Assembly: GCF_001194135.2 (NCBI RefSeq)
Contig: NC_068994.1
Coordinates: forward strand, 41,600,712-41,664,711
Origin: Octopus bimaculoides
Lineage: Eukaryota
Direction: 5' to 3'
Length of the DNA: 64,000 nucleotides
This document shows positions 54,401-64,000 of the stretch, piece by piece. The number at the start of each line of letters is the position of its first letter. The stretch's first letter is position 1. A program made the translations under genes and the position numbers. The notes below the pieces were generated by a model. That model was not told the DNA's origin. It made no database searches and was given only the letters and a program-made list of their open reading frames with translations.

Positions 54401-54575
54401 AAAAAGAAAACGTAGCTATGTTGGGAACTAAACCTGGGCTGAGTGGGTGAGACCCACAAATCCTAACCATTAGACCACATTTATATTTTTATATATGTAT
54501 GTATATAAATACACACACACTCACACACAAATTTACACATATATATGTGTGTATGTATATATATTTGTGTGTGTA

Positions 54576-54815
54576 TATACACCATTTTAAGCGTGGCCAT
54601 TGCCAGTACCGCCTGACTGGCTTTTGTGCTGGTGGCACGTAAAAGCACCCACTACACTCTCGGAGTGGTTGGCGTTAGGAAGGGCATCCAGCTGTAGAAA
54701 CTCTGCCAAATCAGATTGGAGCCTGGTGTAGCCATCCTGTTTCACCAGTCCTCAGTCAAATTGTCCAACGCATGCTAGCATGGAAAGCGGACATTAAACG
54801 ACGATGATGATGATA
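54576..54815 (+). mobile_element. 5'-truncated RTE 3' end, with its 5' 61 bp repeated at 54817-54877
   Basis: Same tail as 1497-1680; the duplicate runs into an N-gap. Confidence 0.75.
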
Positions 54816-55759
54816 ATGTGTGTGTATATACACCATTTTAAGCGTGGCCATTGCCAGTACCGCCTGACTGGCTTTTGNNNNNNNNNNNNNNNNNNNNNNN
54901 NNNNNNNNNNNNNNNNNNNNNNNNNNNNNNNNNNNNNNNNNNNNNNNNNNNNNNNNNNNNNNNNNNNNNNNNNNNNNNNNNNNNNNNNNNNNNNNNNNNN
55001 NNNNNNNNNNNNNNNNNNNNNNNNNNNNNNNNNNNNNNNNNNNNNNNNNNNNNNNNNNNNNNNNNNNNNNNTATATATATATGAATATGTGTGTGTGTGT
55101 GAGACTGTCTCCTTGACTTGACATCATGTGATGTTTGTAAACAAGTGTTACCATCATGCAAGAGGTGTCATTCATTTCCAATCTTCTGTCAAAACATTTT
55201 TAGTTTTGCAGAAATAACACCTCCCTTGGAGAAAGGTGAGGATTAGTATCTGGAAGAGCACCTGGTTGTAGAAAATCTGCCCCGATTAAATTCCATGGTA
55301 AAGTAGGCATTAAAACAATGAATTTGCATCCATGCACATAGCCAGGAATAAGGTAGCAAGCCAACTGAAACCTAATGTAGATGTAAATATTGAAACATTA
55401 TTTTATATCTTTAAAGATGAGGTTAATAGACTGCAAAAATGGTAATTGTATAAACAATAATTTATTTCAGACATTTAGATATTTACTTTGTTGAAATTTG
55501 TTTCTCTTTAAAATAGCGATATTTAAACAGAAGAGTAAAGTGACATAGGGAATTAAAAAAGAAAAATAAAACAAAAATAATTTTTAAAAAATATTGTATA
55601 AATATTCCAATGTGATATTTGAGTTATTCCAATTTTTAAAATGTTTTCAAAATTGTCAACTCAATGGCAGTATCAAAAGGAACATAACTCCACATGGATA
55701 TAATTTCTGTTCTGTTATAAACAATGTATGCATATATCACAAAAAAGTGATCGCTTATC

Positions 55760-56598
55760 TTGTATTTGTTTTAGCCATTAGACTGTGGCCATGCTGGAGC
55801 ACTGCCTTGCAGGGTTTACACAAACAAATTAGCACTAATACTTATCATTTTTTTTGTAAGTCAAGAACTTTAGCCAAACCACTAAATTAAGAGGACATAA
55901 ACAATCCATCACCAGTTGTCAAGTAGTGGTGAAGCAGACTTACACGCACACATACATATGTATGTACGTGTGTGTATGTGTGTGTGTATACATATATATA
56001 TGCATATATATATTCTTTTATTCTTTTACTTGCATCAGTCATTTGACTGCAGTCATTCTGGAGCACCACTCTAAAGTGCTTTTTAGTTGAAGAAATCGAC
56101 TCCAAGACTTATTCTTTGTAAGCCTAGTAGTCATTCTAATGGTTTCTTTTGCCAAACTGCTAAGTTACAGGAATGTAAACAAACCATCAGTTGCCAAGCA
56201 ATGGAAGTGGGGAACAAACATAGACACAAAGACACATATACATAAATATATACATACATATATACGATGGGCTTTTTTCTGTTTCTGTATACCAAATCCT
56301 CTCACAAGGCTTTGGTCGGCCTGAGGCTATAGTATAAGACACTTGTCCAAAGTGCTACACAGTGGGACTGAACCCTAATGCGTGTGTGTGCATGTATATG
56401 ATAAATTTCCATTCAGTTACCTTCTACTGAATTCACTCATAAGGCTTTGGTCAGACTGGGACTATAGTAGAAGACAACTGCCCATGGNNNNNNNNNNNNN
56501 NNNNNNNNNNNNNNNNNNNNNNNNNNNNNNNNNNNNNNNNNNNNNNNNNNNNNNNNNNNNNNNNNNNNNNNNNNNNNNNNNNNNNNNNNNNNNNNNNN

Positions 56599-56629
<31 letters not shown>

Positions 56630-56900
56630 CATATATACGATGGGCTTTTTTCTGTTTCTGTATACCAAATCCTCTCACAAGGCTTTGGTCGGCCTGAGGC
56701 TATAGTATAAGACACTTGTCCAAAGTGCTACACAGTGGGACTGAACCCTAATGCGTGTGTGTGCATGTATATGATAAATTTCCATTCAGTTACCTTCTAC
56801 TGAATTCACTCATAAGGCTTTGGTCAGACTGGGACTATAGTAGAAGACAACTGCCCATGGTGCCATGCAATGGAACTGAACCTGAAACCACATAGTTACA
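55760..56900 (-). mobile_element. Cluster of SINE family B copies, including a 240-bp exact duplication across a gap
   Basis: 56248-56487 is identical to 56621-56860. Confidence 0.7.
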
Positions 56901-57036
56901 AAATGGTCTCCTTTTGTAGCCATATAAAGAATTAGAAGGACTCATTTTCTTAATACTTAAGAGTCTGTGACTTGAACAACAACATTGGTATTAGTGCGTA
57001 TCCTCAAATTAATTCTCTCAAAATTACACACATGGT

Positions 57037-57186
57037 AATGAAGCACACACACAGAAATAAAATACACACAAAGAAAAGTACACATGCAGAAATGAAGTAC
57101 ATACACAGAAATGAAGTACACATACAGAAATGGAACACACACACAGAAATGAAGCACATGCACACAGAAATGAAGTACACACAGAA

Positions 57187-57253
<67 letters not shown>

Positions 57254-57432
57254 CGAAGTACATACACAGAAATGAAGTACACACAGAGAAATGAAGTACA
57301 TGAACAGAAATGAAAGTACACACACAGAAATTAAGTGTGCACAGAAAAGTACACACACATAAAGTACGCACAGAGAAATGAAATACACACACAGAAATGA
57401 AATACACACAGAGAAAAGTACACTCACAGGAA
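57037..57432. repeat. Minisatellite, ~17-21-nt unit ACACACAGAAATGAAGT, with a central (CA)n
   Basis: About 20 imperfect tandem units; (CA)n at ~57190-57248. Confidence 0.85.
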
Positions 57433-57719
57433 TGGTACCCATACTCATTGTTTTCATCTTTTATCATTTATCTTTTACTTGTTTCAGTTACTAGACTATG
57501 GCCATGCTGGGGTACTACCTTGAAAAATTTTAGGTGAAGGAATTGACCCCAGTACTTACAGGATTGTTTTAAAGCCTGAGGCTTATCTTATTCTATCAGT
57601 CACTTTTATTGGACTGCTAAGTTACAGGAACATGAACGCACCAACACCAGTAGTCAAGTAGTGGTTGTGGTAGTGGTAGACAAACACACACACGCATATT
57701 GTGTGAAACTAGCCTGTCG

Positions 57720-58310
57720 ATTTGAGTGTGACCACACCAGCTTAACTGGCCATCTTGCCTTCTACTTGGCTTCAAGGATCATGCAGAAATTTCCATAAAT
57801 CCTTCCTAGTCAACTGAAACCACAACACCAATGTAACATTTAGGGCTTCATTTTATTGCTCCTTCATAAGCACACTGAAAGCTTTTCTGCTTTTTGAGAG
57901 GCTAAAAGCGATCACCTTGCCATTTCTTTGATATAATCATCAACCAAGGAGGGAGAATTTCTCATGACATACTTATCCTATATTCTGTTTCTTTATGGCT
58001 CACAACATTGTCAAGACTATTTTTGTTATTACTAGTCTGTGTTTACATCACAAATGCGTTAGTGATTTCTGTATATTTTTCAAAGTACCAATGTCTACAT
58101 TTGTGTTTGTAATTGCATCTGCTTGTCTAATTGACATAATTTTCTTCTTCATACATTTTCTTTTTATAGTCTGTATGTTATTTTCATAATTTGCGACAAC
58201 ATTTTCTTCAAAATCTTGTAGTGTATATACTATGACTTCATTTACACCTAGTATTTGTAATCATCACCCCAGACAAAGAAACTATATAAGAATTTAGCTT
58301 CTTCCTCAAT
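57720..58310 (-). mobile_element. Possible L1/Tx1-like LINE RT-tail relic
   Basis: Minus strand LQILGV...NYENNIQTIKRKC...MSIRQADAITNT weakly resembles LG....NW...I..I....LS..GR..I.N; many stops. Confidence 0.3.
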
Positions 58311-58921
58311 GAAATTCTAGAAAATATAAAATATATAAATTACTAAAAGGAATAACTTATTTTTGTATTCCAAAGTAAATGAAGTGAAGACTCAAAATTT
58401 CCAAAGTGTAATAATCCAAGAAAAAGAAAAACAGGGGGAATTTTTCTATAACTATAAGCAAGGTAATCCAAATCTTTTATGGAAATATGTTTGAAACACC
58501 TTTGCTCTCTTCAAAACGTATCATCAACCATATAAGTAGTAGTAGTAGTAATGATGATGATGAAGATGATGATGATGGTCTTCGGCACAAAGCCAGAAAC
58601 TGTCCAACCAGGGGAAGGTATTAGTCAATTACATCAACATCAGTACTAAAAGTTGTTGTGGTTGTTATACAGAATGTATAACATTTATTAAAAAAACAAA
58701 AACAATATCTATTGTGCCAAGACAAGAAAGCACTTTTTTTTTTAAAGAATTATAATATTTAAAAATTATGAGGAATGATATAAATGAATTAAGAAATCTT
58801 TTAAAAAAAGAATTCCCGCTAGGTCTTTGTTTTCTTTCTTAAACTAAGAGAAATACTCTAATTCATTAAGACATTTTTATGCATATGTATATATACATAT
58901 GTATATATACATATACATATG

Positions 58922-59238
58922 AATGACCATGGGAGTGCACCTAGAAAGTTTTCCTCTGAGGGATAAGTCTATGCAAGATTGTTTATGGAAGACCAACAGT
59001 TGCCCATGCATACAAGCCTCCCCTCTCCATACCACCAATGTTATCCATGGGAATGGCAAAAGCTGACACGTTTTGGCACCAGTGATGTCGCAACTCGTTT
59101 GTACACCTGAGTGAACTGGAGCAACGTGAAATACAGTGTCTTGCTCAAGAGCACAACACACAGTCTGGTCCAGGAATCGAACTCACTACCTCATGATTGT
59201 GAGCCTGATAGTCTAATCACTGAGCCATGCACTTTCAC
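58922..59238 (-). mobile_element. SINE family C
   Basis: Colinear with 54058-54400. Confidence 0.8.
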
Positions 59239-59239
59239 T

Positions 59240-59615
59240 TACTCTCTTTACTTACTTGTTTCAGTCATTTGACTGTGGCCATGCTGGAGCACCACCTTTA
59301 GTTGAGCAAATCGACTTCAGGACTTATTCTTTGTAAGCCTAGTACTTATTCTATCAGTCTCTTTTGCTGAACCACTAAGTTACGGGAACGTAAACACACC
59401 ACCATCGGTTGTCAATGCGATGTTGGTGGGGGGGAAACACAGACACACAGACATATACATACACACATATNNNNNNNNNNNNNNNNNNNNNNNNNNNNNN
59501 NNNNNNNNNNNNNNNNNNNNNNNNNNNNNNNNNNNNNNNNNNNNNNNTTTTTTATAAATTGATTTTAATTGAGTTTTTTACCTGTAATTTTGGATTTTGT
59601 CCCTAATAATATTAT

Positions 59616-59649
<34 letters not shown>

Positions 59650-59822
59650 TTTACATATATACGCCAGGCGTCTTTCACTTTGCGTCTACCAAATCCACTC
59701 ACAAGGCTTTGGTCGGCCCGAGGCTATAGTAGAAGACACTTGCCCAAAGTGCCATGCAGTGGGAATGAACCCGGAACCATGGGGTTGGTAAGCAAGCTAC
59801 TTACCACACAGCCACTCCTGCA
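59240..59822 (-). mobile_element. SINE family B, tail and head separated by microsatellite and a gap
   Basis: Tail 59240-59460; head 59660-59822. Confidence 0.7.
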
Positions 59823-59826
59823 CTTA

Positions 59827-59862
<36 letters not shown>

Positions 59863-60609
59863 ACTTTCAACATATCTATGCATACTTGGTTTATTACACT
59901 CACAGCAGACAAGACACAGCAATCAATGTCTAATAAAAAGCATGTCATCTTGTAAGATTGAAAGGTGAACTGTCCTTATGCAGAAAAGTGAGACTAAATG
60001 GATTGATGTGCGTAACTACAGGCTAATTATATGTTATAATGATTGTCTCAATGATGGCTATACTCTAGATACTTTAGAAAGAACATCATACGTATTTCAA
60101 TAGGCTGAGACTTAAAATTATTGTAGGTACCAATCTTACTAATGTAGACTTCTTAGATGACTCACTTGGCTTAGAATCAAAGGTTTTACAAATCTTTTCA
60201 TTAATCAAATGAGAGACTAAGGTTTATAAATAAGTATTCCTGGCAACTTATTATAGTTGTTATAAACTTAATAACATTAGTAGAAGGATAGACGGTGCAT
60301 GGCCAAATGGTTCGGGTGTTGTTCTCATGATCTCAAGATCATATTTTCGTTTCCTGACCAGATCTCAAGATCATAATCGATTCCCATTGATTACAGCAGC
60401 AACCTGTCAGACTCATCAGCATGTAGGGCAAAGTGCTTAGTGACATTTCGTCTGTCTTCACGTGCTGAGTTCAAATTCTGCCAAGGACAGCCTTGCATTT
60501 CATCCTTTCTGGCTTGATAAAATAAGTGCCAGTTGAGCACCAAAACTGCTGGCCTTGTGTCAAAATTTGAAACCAAAATTTGTAAAAGGATTTCATGCAT
60601 AAACCCAAC

Positions 60610-61352
60610 GTTTCTGAACCGGGGTTCCCCAGAACCCTAGAGTTCTGTGAAAGGTTCCTAGGGGTTTGACAAAAGGTTCTTAGGGTTTCCACAAGAAAGA
60701 GTGAGATAAGCTAATGCTAATTTCATGATCGTAGTATTACTATACATGCACAACATATTATTAGCTATTGTAATACTGTAATATAAGCATCATCTTATCT
60801 GACCTATTATGTTATCAAAAGAATATAACAACCATATATATATATGTATGTATGTACAGGGTGACCCAAAAGTAGGTTTACTGTTGTTCAACTACCTCTT
60901 TCACATTTATATATTAACAATTTACATCTTAATCATAAAAAAATATGAAACCATTATTCTATGCGTATTTAGTTAATTGTAAGATAGAAATTTAAATGTA
61001 ATAAAATGTTTTAATAGAAATTTAAAGTGCATCTATGTGATAACTGTAAACCTACTTTTGGGCCACCCTATATATATATATANNNNNNNNNNNNNNNNNN
61101 NNNNNNNNNNNNNNNNNNNNNNNNNNNNNNNNNNNNNNNNNNNNNNNNNNNNNNNNNNNNNNNNNNNNNNNNNNNNNNNNNNCTGACCTATTATGTTATC
61201 AAAAGAATATAACAACCATATATATATATGATATTCACCAGGTGAACTACGATGACAAAATATGAGAAAGATATGATATATAATTTTTTGTGCAGGGGTT
61301 CCTCGAGACATGGAACTTATTTTAAGGGCTACACAAGGTTGAGAAACACTGC
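60610..61352. mobile_element. hAT-Charlie-like MITE (host of the nested Tc1-type MITE)
   Basis: ggggttccccagaaccctag near the left end; caggggttcctcg...aaggttgagaaacactg at the right end. Confidence 0.45.
60857..61070. mobile_element. Tc1/mariner-type MITE (214 bp, TA target)
   Basis: 25-bp TIRs cagggtgacccaaaagtaggtttac / gtaaacctacttttgggccacccta, flanked by TA. Confidence 0.8.
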
Positions 61353-61714
61353 ATTAACCCCACACCACCTAGCATAAAGTTGCCTTCTGCTCTACTATAG
61401 TCTCATGCAATTGAAAGGGCCCCATATGTAGCTTGAAATCTACAGGGGTGGCTTCTCTAGTGCAGGTGTCATAAAAAAATAAATTGTGAAATTATCCTGT
61501 ATTTTGGCTCTTTATGTTTTGAGTTCAAATTCCATTCAGGTCAAATTTTATCGAATCCACAAAGATTCGATAAAATAAAGAAGTATTTAATCACTGGGAG
61601 AGTAGGGGTTCAGTGTGACCGACTATCCTTTTTCCTCAAAAAATTACTGATCAAAGTTAGAAAGAATTACTTGTAGTTTGCCAAGTGGTCATGTAGAAAC
61701 TCACTGATTGACTT

Positions 61715-62034
61715 CCTAGTGTGGTAAAAAGATTGCTTCTCAACCACATGGTATCAGGTTCAGTTCCACTGTGTGGCACCTTGGACAAGTGACTTCTGCT
61801 ATTACTTTAGCCTTGTGAGTGGGTTTGGTTGACAGAAATTGAAAGAAGCACGCACACACACACTCGTGTTTGTGTGTGTGTGTGTGTGCGTGTGTGTTTG
61901 AGCCTCACACTGCTTGACAACCAGTATTAGTGTGTTTATATCCCTGTATCTTGTGAGTGAATTTGGTTGACGGATATTGACCAAAGCCTTGTGAGTGGAT
62001 CTGGTTGACAGAAATTGAAAGAAGCACACACGCG

Positions 62035-62069
<35 letters not shown>

Positions 62070-62280
62070 CTTTGGGTCTATGTTTGAACCTCACACTGCT
62101 TGGCAACCGGTGTTGGTGTGTTTATGTCCCTGCACCTTAGCAGTTCAGCAAAAGAAACTGACAAAATAAAAGAAAAGTAAAACAGATGTACTGGGGTTGA
62201 TTCGTTTGACAAAAATACTTCACAAGGCAGTGCCCAAGCATGGCTGCAGTCTAATGATAGAAACAAGTGAAAGATAAAAG
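61715..62280 (+). mobile_element. SINE family B with an internal duplication of the head/tail junction
   Basis: ccttgtgagtgg.t.tggttgacagaaattgaaagaagcac occurs at ~61812 and ~61988. Confidence 0.7.
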
Positions 62281-62583
62281 TTAAAAGATACCAGTAATAC
62301 ATTGGTATCTAATTATCAATTAATATTAGCTTCTATATATATATTGATCAGCTTTGTGCCTATTCTGAGGAGATTAGTATTAAAGGATAAAAAGGAATAA
62401 AACATAAAACAAAGAACGCCATTACTTTATCTATTCTTTTTACTAATGCACACTATTTTAATATAATATTACAAATTGGAAACCAAATGAAATTTAAAAC
62501 AACGACAACAATAGTAATACTGACTATAGAACCAGAATACATACATACATACATATAAAGATATATATACATATATATCTATA

Positions 62584-62645
<62 letters not shown>

Positions 62646-63304
62646 TACAGCCTACAGATCTATGACTTTATGGCAGATAAAAAGAAACCAGTCTATTAGA
62701 TGTCAAGTGCATGTAGAAACTGGCTACAAATATTGTTACTAATGGACTAGATATATATATACATAAAAAAAATAATAAACAAAATATGCCAGATTTTTAT
62801 ACCATCAATACAAAAAAAAAATATAACAAGAAACTATATTTCATCTCTGAGCAGATAGTAAGGCTTAGGGAATAAGTTAAAGCTCTTAACACCTCATGCA
62901 ATACATCAAAAGCAACAGAAATATAAGTAGAATAGAAAAGTAAAAAAAAACAAAAAAAACCATGAAATGGAAGGTGGAGAAATAAAGAAAAAAAAACTGA
63001 ATGGGAAAATATATATAACATCATAGAAAAAAATATTCCATGAGGATTAGCAACTGGCATTATGACCTGCTGCAAAGCCATTGCCACCACTGCTGCCACC
63101 ACCACCACCACCTTTGCTATCACCTATGATTGACCACCCATAACAAGGATATGAAGCAAGTTGTCTCCCTTGTCTTTTTTTAACAAGAATTAATCATTAT
63201 ATTTCACATTTTTTTCTTTTCACTACAGGTGTTTGTTCATTAATTTTTATGTCTGTTTTATTTTTTCATGCTAGCATAGGTTAGATGAATATATATTATT
63301 ACAA

Positions 63305-64000
63305 TGGCTGGTAAGAGCTGTACAAGCTCTGTACAGGGATGCTGTCAGTAAGGTGAGGGTTGGCAACAAATATAGTGAAGAATTCCGAGTAGAAGTAGGG
63401 GTTCACCAAGGATCAGTCCTCAGCCCCCTCTTATTCATTATAGTCCTCCAGGCAATAACAGAGGAATTCAAAACGGGCTGCCCCTGGGATCTCCTCTATG
63501 CTGATGACTTTGCTCTAATAGCTGAGTCACTGCCAGAACTGGAAATGAAGTTTAGGGTGTGGAAGCAAGGTCTAGAATTGAGGGGCATTAGGGTTAACAT
63601 AGCCAAAACCAAAGTCTTAGTAAGTAGGAAGGCTGACAATTCACAGGCCCCTTCAGGTAGATGGCCCTGCTCGATCTGTAGAAAAGGCATGGGTAGAAAC
63701 TCCATACGATGTACCCGGTGTAAGCTGTAGACACATAAAAGGTACAGCAATATCAAAGGAAGGTTAACCAGAAAAATAGTTTTTGTGTGTGGCAGATGCA
63801 CTGGGGCAATGAACATTGAAGATGTACAGAAAACAGATTCCATCACATGCCAGAGAAAGAAACTAGAAGTAGTTAATAGCTTCTGCTATCTAGGTGACCA
63901 AGTCTGTTGTAGGGATGGTTGCTTTGAGAGTGTAGCAACTAGAGTAAAAATAGCCTGGGAAAAGTTCAGGGAGCTCCTACCTCTGCTGGCAACTAAGGTC
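63305..64000 (+). mobile_element. RTE-clade LINE reverse transcriptase fragment (5'-truncated, one in-frame stop, runs off the window)
   Basis: WLVRAVQALYRDAVSKVRVG..GVHQGSVLSPLLF..LLYADD..VNIAKTKV..[Cys/His insert]..FCYLGD..RVKIAWEKFRELLPLL; TAG at 63728-30. Confidence 0.92.

Noticed and set aside
54566-54877. 61-bp exact direct repeat resembling an LTR or TSD
   Set aside because: The second copy ends at an N-gap; assembly artefact and tandem insertion cannot be distinguished.
56248-56860. 240-bp exact direct repeat
   Set aside because: Identical copies flank an N-gap next to (TA)n; most likely an unmerged contig overlap.
57037-57432. CRISPR-like regular repeats
   Set aside because: No unique spacers, no cas genes, eukaryotic context; it is a minisatellite.

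Overview
AT-rich, repeat-saturated eukaryotic genomic DNA with about 16 assembly N-gaps, most abutting (TA)n or (TTA)n tracts. The repeat landscape suggests a coleoid cephalopod, probably Octopus (inference). No intact host protein-coding gene can be supported. Nearly all ORF-track entries are translations of microsatellites or N-runs; the rest are decayed transposon pieces: RTE RT and 3' ends, CR1/L2-like RT, R4/Dong-type restriction-like endonuclease, Penelope RT-thumb/GIY-YIG, and Tc1/mariner transposases. There are also at least three tRNA-derived SINE families and several MITEs. The most interesting signal is not in the ORF track: several type I hammerhead-ribozyme motifs in short Penelope-pLTR-like elements. 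Two of these elements form head-to-head inverted pairs (4196-4809; 36587-37104), and the second carries a tRNA-like Pol III head, i.e. a SINE-like element with a hammerhead. The copies here carry substitutions and may be inactive. Repeat boundaries are approximate, judged by eye.
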